63,327 nucleotides of DNA from a virus (IMGVR_UViG_3300025325_000020:1-63327); one strand, 5' to 3'. Shown: positions 46,225-55,873, counted from the stretch's first letter. Program-made: numbers and translations. The notes: a model not told the origin generated them from the sequence alone.

Positions 46225-47604
46225 ATGAAAACAAATCTCGTGCAAAGGACCCGCACGGCCCCACCGCCAGTCGGGAGAGCTGCTTCGATCGGCGGGCGAC
46301 CCGTCCGGCGCGACCGGGGCGATCTGACGGTGAGCGCCTTAGCCACCATCTACGGCTGCTGCGGCTTGTTCGACATGTGCTCGGACGCCGACCTCATGTC
46401 GCTGACTTTCGAAGGCGCCTCGCCTTTCCTGGACTGGATCGGCTGGGAGCGCACCGACGTGTGCGTGATCAAGAAAAACTTCATCACCTTCGTGCGCGCC
46501 GAAGGCAGCCAGGGGGCCGAGACCGCCGGCTGGCTGGCCGACCCGTGCGCCGACCCGCACGGGGTCGAGTGGGGCGAGTGCGATTTCACCTTGACCGACT
46601 TCGCCCGCCTGCGCCGCTCGGGTCCGACCCGCGACATCACCAAGACCGGCCTGCGCTACTGCGACATCCAGCCGCGGTACAGGCTCGACGGGACGCGCAT
46701 CGACGACGACCGCGAGTACGACATGGTGCTGGCGTTGGAAGTCCTCATGCAGGACTTGAAGGACATGGCCGTCTCCGGCAACGCGGCCACCCCCGGCCAG
46801 TTCGACGGCCTCGAAAGGCTCATCAAGACCGGCTACGTCAACAGCCACGGCCGGCGCTGCACGGCCATGGATTCGGTCGTGATTGACTGGAACAACAACG
46901 GCATGGACGGCGGGGCCGGTATCACCTGGAACGGCCTGCCGGTGGCCGCGACTTATTCCTTCGTCGAAGTGCTGCGCGCGGCCTATAAGCGCATCCGCCA
47001 TCGCATCCGCATGGCACCCTCCCTGGCCGCGCAGAGGCTCAACGTGGGCGATATCGTGCTGGTGCTGCCCGAGGACTTCGTGGACTGCGTGCTGGACGCC
47101 TACACGTGCTGGAGCGTGTGCGACGGCACTTCCACCAACCTGGTGGCGCTCAACTCGCTCGAAGGCCGCCGCTTCCGCGACAGCCTGCTGGGCGGCATGT
47201 TCGGGGGCGGGCGCATCTTCTTGGACAGTTTCGAGATCCCCGTCCTGCCCTACGACTGGGGCCTGATCAAGGGGCCGAACCATTTTGACGCTTACCTCCT
47301 GACGGGCCAGGTGGGCAATATCAAGGTTTTGCAGGGCCAGTACAACGACATGGCCCCGGTATCGGCCAAGCGCGCCGACCGCTACAACACGGACGGCGGG
47401 CGTATTTTGACCTGGCGCGAGGACGATCACACCTGCGAGCAGCAGATCGTCGAGATGCAGCCGCGCATCCTGGCCTGGGCGCCCTGGGCGGAAGTCCGCT
47501 TCCAGGATGTCAACTGCGCCGTGCCGGGCGGCGTGATCGGGCCGGATCCCTGGGAGACGAGCTTCTTCCCTGAGGGCTCCTTCTCCGTGGCGGCCTGCCC
47601 GTAA
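46225..47604 (+). CDS. Major capsid protein
   Basis: GGAGG RBS; 'GN.....QFDGL' HK97-fold motif; followed by a strong hairpin. Confidence 0.85.
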   Translation: MKTNLVQRTRTAPPPVGRAASIGGRPVRRDRGDLTVSALATIYGCCGLFDMCSDADLMSLTFEGASPFLDWIGWERTDVCVIKKNFITFVRAEGSQGAETAGWLADPCADPHGVEWGECDFTLTDFARLRRSGPTRDITKTGLRYCDIQPRYRLDGTRIDDDREYDMVLALEVLMQDLKDMAVSGNAATPGQFDGLERLIKTGYVNSHGRRCTAMDSVVIDWNNNGMDGGAGITWNGLPVAATYSFVEVLRAAYKRIRHRIRMAPSLAAQRLNVGDIVLVLPEDFVDCVLDAYTCWSVCDGTSTNLVALNSLEGRRFRDSLLGGMFGGGRIFLDSFEIPVLPYDWGLIKGPNHFDAYLLTGQVGNIKVLQGQYNDMAPVSAKRADRYNTDGGRILTWREDDHTCEQQIVEMQPRILAWAPWAEVRFQDVNCAVPGGVIGPDPWETSFFPEGSFSVAACP

Positions 47605-47631
47605 GCCTGGTGGTTTTCATCTGGAAATAGT

Positions 47632-47665
47632 CACCCTGGTCCTGGTGTTTGCCAGGACCAGGGTG
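47632..47665 (+). terminator. Perfect 14-bp hairpin after the capsid gene
   Basis: CACCCTGGTCCTGG/CCAGGACCAGGGTG; no T tract. Confidence 0.5.
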
Positions 47666-47675
47666 GGGAGCAGCT

Positions 47676-49154
47676 ATGCCGGTGAAATCAAACGGCTACA
47701 AGCGTTCGCCAGAGGAATGGGCGCAGGTTTGCCTGTCGGTGGACAGCGGCTATGTCCCCGGCGGGAAGCGCCAGGCAGCCGGTCTGTACGAGAACGGCTG
47801 TAAGTACGTCCGCGAGCGCATCCGCCCCCTGGGCTTGTGGAAAGCCGGCGACGTAGTGCTCGATATCGGCTGCGCCAACGGGCGGGTTGCGATGGGCCTG
47901 CTCGAGGAAGGCGTCTTCTATCACGGCCTCGAGATCGTGGCCGGCTGTGTGAAGTTCTGCGAGAGCGCCTTCGCCCCCTGGAGAAACTTCCACTTCCACT
48001 ACCTGGACGCAGCCAATCCCCGCTACAACCCGGGTGGGCAGATCCAACCCGAGCGCGCCGTCTTTCCCTTGCCGGACGCCTCGATAGACGTGGCGATTGC
48101 GTCCAGCCTGTTTACCCACCTGGAGACGCCCGAAGTCGCGGCGCGCTACCTCGGCGAGACATGGCGTGTGCTCAAGCCGGGCGGCAGGCTGTTCGCTACC
48201 TGGCTGCGCAGCCCGCCGAACGAAGTCGCGCAATCCGCGGCGCGCACGGTCTACCGCGAGGCCGATATCCTGAATCTCTTAGGCGGGCGCTGGACGATCC
48301 TGGACACTTCCCGCGGCTTGACCGATGCCCCGCACGACCAGTGGACGTTGGCGCTTTCTAAGTCCGATCCGAGAGTATCCATGCACTACATCCTTGCCAA
48401 AGACGTACAGAACGTGGTGGTCTCCGCCCAGCGCAGCGGCACGACCTGGCTGCAAGCCCTCCTGGGCGCTTACTTGTGCACCGCCTACGGGCTGCCGGAC
48501 GGGAACCTCATGAAGGCGTTGGACCTGACCCGCTCGGCCGGGCTGCCCGTGACGGCTTTTACGCATGACCCCCAGCGGGATCTGCCCGCTTGCCCGCCGG
48601 TCGAGACTGAATACGCCGGCAAGCGCATTGCCCTGCTCGTGCGCGATCCGCTCGACACGCTCCTGTCGCAGTTCATGCTGGCCCGCCACCGCCGCCGCAC
48701 GGTAAGCGCCGAGACATCGGCGCGGGATTACATCCTGGAGAAGCTGCCTGCCCTGTTGGCCTTCTACGAGGCCTGGCTGGGCGCGGATAAATCCGCTTTC
48801 GGCGGCTTCGAGGTCTACACCTACGAAGCCTTCCACCAGGACGCATCCGGCGAGCTGGAGCGGCTGGCGCAGTTTTTCGGGTACGCCTCGAACCGCGAAG
48901 CGCGCTGGGCGGCGGTGGAGTTCGCCGATTTCGAGCACATGCAAGCCATGGAGAAGAGCGGGCGTTTCCACGAGCACTACGCGGTCAACGACTTCCTGCC
49001 GGTGGAGGACGCTCGCGCCATGCGCACGCGGCGCGGCCGCATGGGCCGCGGCCGGCGGGCGCTTGCGGAGGCGGACATTGAGCGGGCCGAGAAATCGATC
49101 GCCGCCTCTCCCCTTGTAGGCGCATTGTACGCCAGGGAAGCCGCCGGTGGATAA
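47676..49154 (+). CDS. Class I SAM methyltransferase fused to a PAPS-dependent sulfotransferase
   Basis: 'VLDIGCANG', 'SLFTHL', 'RVLKPGG'; then 'SAQRSGTTWL' (5'PSB), 'VRDPLDTLLS' (3'PB), 'RRG'. Confidence 0.88.
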   Translation: MPVKSNGYKRSPEEWAQVCLSVDSGYVPGGKRQAAGLYENGCKYVRERIRPLGLWKAGDVVLDIGCANGRVAMGLLEEGVFYHGLEIVAGCVKFCESAFAPWRNFHFHYLDAANPRYNPGGQIQPERAVFPLPDASIDVAIASSLFTHLETPEVAARYLGETWRVLKPGGRLFATWLRSPPNEVAQSAARTVYREADILNLLGGRWTILDTSRGLTDAPHDQWTLALSKSDPRVSMHYILAKDVQNVVVSAQRSGTTWLQALLGAYLCTAYGLPDGNLMKALDLTRSAGLPVTAFTHDPQRDLPACPPVETEYAGKRIALLVRDPLDTLLSQFMLARHRRRTVSAETSARDYILEKLPALLAFYEAWLGADKSAFGGFEVYTYEAFHQDASGELERLAQFFGYASNREARWAAVEFADFEHMQAMEKSGRFHEHYAVNDFLPVEDARAMRTRRGRMGRGRRALAEADIERAEKSIAASPLVGALYAREAAGG

Positions 49155-50931
49155 CGGGATGGAATCCTTGACGGTTGTCGTCCCCTTCTGGAACGGCCAC
49201 GCCACCATCGAACGCCTGCTGGAGTCGCTGCCTGACGCTCTGCCCGTCGTGGTGGTGGACGACCAGTCCGATTCGCCTTACCGGTCGAAGCGGGAGAACG
49301 TGACCGTCATCCGCCCCGCGGCGAAAGGCTATTTCGCCGGGGCGGTCAACGCCGGCCTGTCGGCCTGCGGCGGGGATGCGCTGGTCGTCAATCAGGATGC
49401 CTGGCTCGAAGGCTCCGCCTGGCTTGACCTGCTAGCCGAGGAGCATGAGAAGCACGCTCTTATTGGGCACGGCGTGATGGCGCACCCGGCCTGGCCGAAA
49501 GGCTACGTGCAGGGCACGTTCATGTTCCTGCGCCGTGACGCGATCTCGAAAGTAGGCGGCCTGAATGCCCGCGATTACCCCTTGTGGGGCTGCACCGCCG
49601 AATGGCAGGTTCGCGCCGCCCGTGCCGGTTTCCGCGCCCTGCCTTTGCCCGAGATCCCCGGCTTCCACCACCAGGAGCGCAAGCCGGGCGCTTTCGGCGA
49701 TTCCATCACCGAGGCGCTGCGCAGGGAGCCGGGCGAGAAAGGCCGCTTTATCCGCACCCCGCCCATGATCAGCATTATCGTGCCCTGCTTCAACTATGGC
49801 AAATATTTGCCGGATCTCGTGGCTTCCCTGGCGGGCGGGCCGTCCAGCCTGGGGAATATGCTTGGCCAAACCTTCGCCGCCTGGGAGCTGGTCATTGTAG
49901 ACGACGCCTCCACCGACAAATCGGCGGAGATGGCCGCGGCGCTGGCCGATCCCTGGAAGGGCATCCGCCTGGTGAGAAGGGCGAAGAACGGCGGCACGGC
50001 GGCGGCCAACAACGACGGCGTACGCGCGTCCTTCGGACGCTATATCACCGTCCTGGGCGCAGACGACATGATGGAGCCATACCGGCTTGAAGCCCTCTAC
50101 CAGGCGGCGGAGGCCCACCCGCACTCCGTCGTCTACGACGACGTGGCCCTCTTCAAGGCCGGCGAGCGCATGCAGACCTGGGCCATGGCGGAGTACGACT
50201 TCGAGAAGCTGCTGCAGAAGAACCATATGCACGCCGGCATCTTGTTTCCCAAGAAAGCCTGGGAAGAGACCGGCGGCTACCCGGAGAGTATGCGCGAGGG
50301 CCGCGAGGACTGGGCCTTCAACGTGGCCCTGGGAGTCTGGGGCTACTGCGGGGTGAGGGTGCCGAAAGCGGGCTACCTCTACCGCCGCGAGAAGCACAAC
50401 CGCACGCTCAGGAATTCGGGCCCGGGCTGGAGGGAGCGATTTACAGGCCAGATGAAAGCCTTGTTCCCAGGGCTGTACAAAGGAGAGAGACCGATGGCAT
50501 GCTGTGGAGGCGGGCGGGCGCCCGCCAGGAAAATGAACGGCAAGGGGGCGGCCAGCCTGCCCGGCGCGGCCGGCATGCTGCGCATCGAGTACGCGGGCTT
50601 GAACGATGGCGACATGCCCTGGTACGGGCCGGTGACCGGCACGCGCTACGTGTTCGGCGGGGTGCACAAGACAGGCTACATCGACCCGCGCGACGCGCGC
50701 ACCGGCAATTCCAAGAAGCCGGGCTTGCTCGATATCTGGGAGCACGGGCGGGCGCAGTTCCGAGAGGCCCCGCTGCCGGTCCAGGCGGTGGCAATGCCGG
50801 CGGCAGCCCCGGCGATTGCGCCGGAGGCTGAGCTGGAAGCGCCAGAAGCCCCGGTAGAAGTGGTTGTCGAGACAGAACTGACCCCGCTCCCCAGAAGCAC
50901 CCCACGGCGGAGGAAGAAAAGTGGCGATTAG
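49147..50931 (+). CDS. Tandem GT2-GT2 glycosyltransferase with a separately startable C-terminal domain
   Basis: 'VVVPFWN...VVDDQS', 'IIVPCFN...IVDDAS...ADD...EDW'; internal AAGGAG RBS and ATG at 50494. Confidence 0.9.
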   Translation: MDNGMESLTVVVPFWNGHATIERLLESLPDALPVVVVDDQSDSPYRSKRENVTVIRPAAKGYFAGAVNAGLSACGGDALVVNQDAWLEGSAWLDLLAEEHEKHALIGHGVMAHPAWPKGYVQGTFMFLRRDAISKVGGLNARDYPLWGCTAEWQVRAARAGFRALPLPEIPGFHHQERKPGAFGDSITEALRREPGEKGRFIRTPPMISIIVPCFNYGKYLPDLVASLAGGPSSLGNMLGQTFAAWELVIVDDASTDKSAEMAAALADPWKGIRLVRRAKNGGTAAANNDGVRASFGRYITVLGADDMMEPYRLEALYQAAEAHPHSVVYDDVALFKAGERMQTWAMAEYDFEKLLQKNHMHAGILFPKKAWEETGGYPESMREGREDWAFNVALGVWGYCGVRVPKAGYLYRREKHNRTLRNSGPGWRERFTGQMKALFPGLYKGERPMACCGGGRAPARKMNGKGAASLPGAAGMLRIEYAGLNDGDMPWYGPVTGTRYVFGGVHKTGYIDPRDARTGNSKKPGLLDIWEHGRAQFREAPLPVQAVAMPAAAPAIAPEAELEAPEAPVEVVVETELTPLPRSTPRRRKKSGD

Positions 50932-51244
50932 GCTGATCCTGGCTGCTTTCGCCGTCTACCGCCTGGCCGGGATGGTCGCCCTCGACGTGGGCCCGTTCGG
51001 CGTCTTCGAACGGCTGCTGGCCTGGGCCGGAAGGTTGGCGGCAGGCAAGCCCAAATACAGCGCGGCCTGGAGCCTGGCCGAGGCCCTCAACTGCCCTTAC
51101 TGCCTGGGCGTCTGGCTGGCAGCGCCGGTCTGGCTGCTGGTCAGGTCGAAGGGCAAGTGGAGCGATTTTATCCTGGGCGTCTTCGGTGTCGCCGGGATGC
51201 AAGCGTTTTTGGAAGATTTGGAGGGATCGCATGGCCCCAAGTAA
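50921..51244 (+). CDS. DUF1360-like membrane protein
   Basis: 'AVYRL...D.GPF...CPYCLGVW'. Confidence 0.75.
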   Translation: MAIRLILAAFAVYRLAGMVALDVGPFGVFERLLAWAGRLAAGKPKYSAAWSLAEALNCPYCLGVWLAAPVWLLVRSKGKWSDFILGVFGVAGMQAFLEDLEGSHGPK

Positions 51245-51614
51245 TCCGGTCGAATTCGTGCGCCGCTTGGCGAACGATCAGACATTACTCGTAGGCAACT
51301 CGGTCTTGGACGGCGGCCCGGACTGGGTCACGCGCCGCAAGACCACCATCAGCGCGGACATGGTGGAGCGCAGCGTAACGGTTGCGCTTTGGAACGCGGG
51401 CAATGAGATCGTGGCGGCGGTGCACTTCCCGGACTGGACGGACATGAACCGGTACTGCCGCCAGCGCCGTTTGCACTACGACCAGGGCAACGTGAAGGTG
51501 TACGGCTATCACGGGTTGGGGGTGAACGCGGGCAGTGTAGGCAACGTGATGGAATACGAGATGCGGGTCGGGGTGTGGGCCGGGTGTGGGAATCATTTCT
51601 TGAAGACGACGTAG
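51231..51614 (+). CDS. Hypothetical protein
   Basis: GGAGG RBS. Confidence 0.55.
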   Translation: MAPSNPVEFVRRLANDQTLLVGNSVLDGGPDWVTRRKTTISADMVERSVTVALWNAGNEIVAAVHFPDWTDMNRYCRQRRLHYDQGNVKVYGYHGLGVNAGSVGNVMEYEMRVGVWAGCGNHFLKTT

Positions 51615-51647
51615 CGGAAGAGTACTTCCGCGCTCGAGGAGGAACCT

Positions 51648-52292
51648 ATGAAAGCAACTGGAGCGTTCGGAGCCCAAGGCTCTTTATCCATGAAAGTCAT
51701 CCGCGCCAAAGGGCCAGGCCTGCGCTGGCACCTGGCGAACCGGCTGCGCTGGGTTTTCCTGTGGGGCTGTCTGACCGCCAGCCTGGCAAAGCTGTTCAGC
51801 AAATTCACCGGCGTTCCGACCATCACCAGCCAGCTTGCGGTGCGGGTGATCAAGGCGGATGGGCGCGTGATCGATTACGGCGTCGTCGGGCGGCGGGTCG
51901 TGACCGACGCGGGCGTGGCCTTCCTGGTGGACGCCTGGCAGGGCATAGTAGAGCCGGAGATCATGCGCTATCACGCCCTGGGCACGGACGATACCCCCGG
52001 CGAGGCGGTGGGCGATACCGGGCTGCAATTGGAGCTGACCAACCACTACACGCCGGACAACACCCGCGCCACGGGCACCCTGGCCGAAGGGGCGACCGCC
52101 AATATCTTCCGCAGTGTGGGTACAAACACCATTTCGGACGCCATCGCGGCGGTGGTCGAGCATGGCCTGATAAGCCAGGCGGCGACCGGCGGCGGCACGC
52201 TGTGGGACCGCACCACGTTTGCGGTGATCAACCTGGCGATTGGCGATTCGCTGCAATCGACCTACGAAGCGACGCTGAATTCGGGCGGTTAG
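51648..52292 (+). CDS. Virion fibre-base/collar-like protein
   Basis: 'VVTDAG...YHALGT...DT.L..E...EHGL' resembles fibre N-terminal domains. Confidence 0.6.
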   Translation: MKATGAFGAQGSLSMKVIRAKGPGLRWHLANRLRWVFLWGCLTASLAKLFSKFTGVPTITSQLAVRVIKADGRVIDYGVVGRRVVTDAGVAFLVDAWQGIVEPEIMRYHALGTDDTPGEAVGDTGLQLELTNHYTPDNTRATGTLAEGATANIFRSVGTNTISDAIAAVVEHGLISQAATGGGTLWDRTTFAVINLAIGDSLQSTYEATLNSGG

Positions 52293-52298
52293 GCTGGA

Positions 52299-52416
52299 AT
52301 TGCGCTTGCACAGGCTGCTTTATCCTTCACCTGCGGGTTCGCCTCTGGATGCGACATAGTCTCATCCTGGACGTTTGTGTGTGGGACAATCCCGGCCCAA
52401 AGGCCGCAAGCGCAAT
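52299..52416 (-). ncRNA. Candidate ~118-nt structured RNA
   Basis: Perfect 11-bp closing stem; minus-strand TATAAT 6 nt upstream. Confidence 0.35.
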
Positions 52417-52451
52417 AAGGTAATTATAAGCTGGATTCTGCTAAATGAAAC

Positions 52452-52850
52452 ATGAACCTGATCCTTCGCAACGAACTCGTAGATGATCCGCTGTCGCGCG
52501 GCTACTCCGGCATGTCCGACGATCAAGCCGCTGCCGATCTCAATGCAGTGTACCGCACGCGTACACGCACCTACATGGATTCGGCTGAAATTTATGAGAA
52601 GACGGATAGCACCGAGTTCCAGGCAAAGACCGATCCGCAAAAGGTCTACATCCGCGACATCTGGAACCTGGGCGCAAATGTGGACGTGCGGTCCGGATCG
52701 AAAGCTCGGAATGTCTACATCACGATCTTCGGGGCCGGATCGGCTACTGTCCAGGCGCTGGCCGCGGCATTGAATGTGCCCATCAGCCGGGCCGAAGAAT
52801 TGGGACTGAGCGTTGTCCTGGCCGGAGAAGTTGGAGAGGCGCGCAAGTGA
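52452..52850 (+). CDS. Hypothetical virion-module protein
   Basis: ORF coupled to the next gene. Confidence 0.6.
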   Translation: MNLILRNELVDDPLSRGYSGMSDDQAAADLNAVYRTRTRTYMDSAEIYEKTDSTEFQAKTDPQKVYIRDIWNLGANVDVRSGSKARNVYITIFGAGSATVQALAAALNVPISRAEELGLSVVLAGEVGEARK

Positions 52851-53773
52851 GAACGGTTGCGCTGGTGGGTTTCGCAGACAATACCAGGTCGTTTGCCTAC
52901 CATCTCCCGGCAAACGTGGAGTTGTGGACGCTCAACCGCGGCTGGAGCTTCGCGGAGCATTTCACCCGCATCGACCGCCTGTTCGAACTTCACGACTTGC
53001 CTTATCTAAGCGACCCAAACAATGCCGACACACGCCAGTCCTTATCTGATGCCAAGCAGTCGCACTGGGATTGGCTGCAAGGGCCGCACGATTACCCGCT
53101 TTATTGCCTGGACGCTTACCGCGAAATTCCCGGCTCCGTTTCCTACCCGCTCCAGGCCGTGATGGAAGATGCGTTCAGACATATCTGGCGCGGGAATGAA
53201 AATGTTAGGCTGGCGGCTTCCACGTTCGATTTCATGCTGGCCCTGGCGATCCACGAGCGGGTAGACCGGGTGGAGATTTACGGTTTCGAGATGGGGACCG
53301 GCACGGAATTCCAGTACCAGCACGCCACTGCCATGTTGTTGATTGGGCTGGCAGGCGGGCGCGGGATCGACGTGTGGACGCCCGAAACGAGCGGGCTGAT
53401 CCCGCGCATGAAACTGTACGGGTACGAGGGAGCGCAAATGATCACGAGGCAAACGCTGGAAGCGTATAAACGCCAGGCTGATACGGAGCGAGACCGCTAC
53501 AAGGCATTGACGAACGCCCGCCTGGGTATCTTGCAGCATTTGATGCACGTGAACACAAATGAAAGCCTGGCGCAAAAAGAGCAGATGGAAGATGTGCAGA
53601 ACGACTATCTGGAAGCTCTTCAGGCTGCGGCGCGTTGGGATGGTGTGCAGCAGGTGCTCAATTTGCTTGTTGCCGAATGCGACATGCTGGAGGTAAACCC
53701 GGAGATGATCAAGGCCGGGATGACGATCCAGCCAGCATTCGAAAGGATGGGTGACGATGGCCGTCACACATAA
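52847..53773 (+). CDS. MptE/Maf-like or sialyltransferase-like fold protein
   Basis: 'VALVG', 'WTLN', 'STFDFMLALAI...VEIYGFEM'. Confidence 0.55.
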   Translation: MRTVALVGFADNTRSFAYHLPANVELWTLNRGWSFAEHFTRIDRLFELHDLPYLSDPNNADTRQSLSDAKQSHWDWLQGPHDYPLYCLDAYREIPGSVSYPLQAVMEDAFRHIWRGNENVRLAASTFDFMLALAIHERVDRVEIYGFEMGTGTEFQYQHATAMLLIGLAGGRGIDVWTPETSGLIPRMKLYGYEGAQMITRQTLEAYKRQADTERDRYKALTNARLGILQHLMHVNTNESLAQKEQMEDVQNDYLEALQAAARWDGVQQVLNLLVAECDMLEVNPEMIKAGMTIQPAFERMGDDGRHT

Positions 53774-54203
53774 ATGGGGCGCGCTGGGATCAAAGATCAC
53801 GGCTCTCTCTTCGAGCCAGTTGAACAACGTGGCAAACGCAGCGCAAAAGATCAGCAGCGCGATCTCCAACGATACAAACCTGTACCTGTTTATGGACGTG
53901 ATGCTGAAGCTATCGACGGCTACCGGGAACCGGGCGGCCGGGGCGCACGCCAGGTTGTACTTGCTGGCCGACCTGGGCGATAGCAATTATTCGTTCGGCT
54001 CCTCTTCGCTCGATCCAGGGGCGAACAACTGGTTGTGCAATTTCAACTTCGACAGCGGGGCAACTGCTGCGCGTGTCAACGTTCAAACCATGTTGCCCAT
54101 CCCGCCTGAGAATTTCAAGCTGCTCCTCGAAAACCGGACCGGGCAGCCGTTCACCAGTTGCACGGTGCTTTCCTACCGCCGTTACTATATGCAATCCACA
54201 TAA
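53757..54203 (+). CDS. Beta-sandwich virion accessory protein
   Basis: Beta-rich; precedes the LamG fibre gene. Confidence 0.55.
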   Translation: MAVTHKWGALGSKITALSSSQLNNVANAAQKISSAISNDTNLYLFMDVMLKLSTATGNRAAGAHARLYLLADLGDSNYSFGSSSLDPGANNWLCNFNFDSGATAARVNVQTMLPIPPENFKLLLENRTGQPFTSCTVLSYRRYYMQST

Positions 54204-54208
54204 TAGCC

Positions 54209-55873
54209 ATGCTGATCCGCCCGCCTCGCCTGCTTTCTCCGCCATCTGGCCCATTCACCATCCAGCGTGCTTCTCCGCAAGCCGCGGGGTTAGTGGCGTG
54301 GTTCCCGTTCTGGGGGAAGCGATGGGATATGGATGGGTTCGGACGACCCTACACGAAACCCGAGGCGGGGCCTTATAACTTTAGCATAGGACCGGAGGGG
54401 CCGGCGCATGTGGTGGATAGCGACACGCAGCGGCTGGACATCGTGGTTCCGGGGACGCCGAATGCCTACGCGGGAACGGTATCGTTCTTCACTCGGCTTA
54501 CTGCCCTGCCAGGAGCGGGCAATCAGGATACATTCCTGGATTTCCGCAACAGCGGAAATGGCATTACGCTGCTCAATGATGGCAGTACGAACAATCGTTT
54601 CCGTCTAGCCTATTTCACTTCGTTCTCATCTACTTCGGCGTACTTATCGGTCAACCCGGCAGCAGAGACTTTTTATCACGTAGCCTTCACCTGGTTCAAC
54701 GACGCGGGCAGCAACCTGGCCGTGCGCGCTTTCATCAACGGTTGGTTCAACAGTCAAACGACGGGCGCACGCGCGCCCTGGGCGGCCACGCCGGTAACGG
54801 CGCAGATAAACCAGGATGGTTTCCGCTATCTCTACGAGTTGCGCATCTACAACCGCATTCTCTCGGATGCCGAGATCTGGCAGTTGTTCTCTCCGGAGAC
54901 ACGCTTTGATTTGTACCTGGCCCTCGCACCGCGGGTCTGGTTCGTTCCCGCTGCTGGCGGCGGCCCCACCACGTACTACATCACCCCATCCGGCGCATTT
55001 ACCCCGGCGGGAGCCATGGTAAAACAAGCGGCCAAATTTCCCTCGAGCAGCCTGGCCTTATCCGGCGCAATCCTCAAGCAGGCCGCCAAATACCCGGCCG
55101 GATCGCTGCCCTTGGCCGGAGCAGTCACGAAGCAAAGCGGGAAAGCGGTGGCCGGATCGCTGCCTGCCTCGGGCGGTATTTTCCAACAAATTGCTACCGC
55201 CCTGGCCGGTATGGTGATTTTGAACGGCGCGCTGACCCGCCAGGCCGGCAAGTCGCCTTCGGGCGTAATTACCCCGTCCGGCTCCTTGGCCAAGCAGGTG
55301 GGCAAGCTCTTCTCCGGCGCGCTGGCCCCTTCCGGCGCGCTGGCGCTGACCAGGGTCGTGCTCCTGGCGCTGGCCGGCGTGGTCGCGCCCGCCGGGGCCC
55401 TGGTCAAGCAAACCGGGAAAGCGGTGGCCGGGACTCTGGTTGGCTCGGGCGGGATCGTCCAGACCATCTCTACCGCTTTGGCCGGGGCAGTCGCCCCCAT
55501 GGGCGGGATCGTCAAAGCGATTGGCAAGTCCTTCCCCGGCGCGCTTACTCCGACCGGCTCCCTGTCCCTCTCCAGGGTGATCCTGCTGGCCGTCTCCGGC
55601 GCGCTGGCCCCGGCCGGGGCGCTCTTCAAGCAGGCCTCGAAAGCGGTCGCCGGGCTCCTGCCGTCCTCGGGCGGGATATCGAAAGAGATCAACACCGCCC
55701 TGTCTGGCTCGGTGAGCCTGTCCGGCGGGGTGCGGAAGTCTGTCTCCAAGGCATTCGGCGGGGCGCTGGCCCCCATTGGCGCTCTGGCAAACGTGCTGAT
55801 CCCGGCCGTGGCCGGGCTGGTGGAGGCGCTCTTCAAGGGCATGTTCAAGGGATTGTTCCGGAGGATGAAGTAA
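54209..55873 (+). CDS. LamG-domain fibre with ~15 G/A/S-rich 18-aa repeats
   Basis: 'FYHVAFTW...FING...ELRIYNRILS..EI'; repeat 'AG.L.PSGAL.KQ.GK'. Confidence 0.75.
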   Translation: MLIRPPRLLSPPSGPFTIQRASPQAAGLVAWFPFWGKRWDMDGFGRPYTKPEAGPYNFSIGPEGPAHVVDSDTQRLDIVVPGTPNAYAGTVSFFTRLTALPGAGNQDTFLDFRNSGNGITLLNDGSTNNRFRLAYFTSFSSTSAYLSVNPAAETFYHVAFTWFNDAGSNLAVRAFINGWFNSQTTGARAPWAATPVTAQINQDGFRYLYELRIYNRILSDAEIWQLFSPETRFDLYLALAPRVWFVPAAGGGPTTYYITPSGAFTPAGAMVKQAAKFPSSSLALSGAILKQAAKYPAGSLPLAGAVTKQSGKAVAGSLPASGGIFQQIATALAGMVILNGALTRQAGKSPSGVITPSGSLAKQVGKLFSGALAPSGALALTRVVLLALAGVVAPAGALVKQTGKAVAGTLVGSGGIVQTISTALAGAVAPMGGIVKAIGKSFPGALTPTGSLSLSRVILLAVSGALAPAGALFKQASKAVAGLLPSSGGISKEINTALSGSVSLSGGVRKSVSKAFGGALAPIGALANVLIPAVAGLVEALFKGMFKGLFRRMK

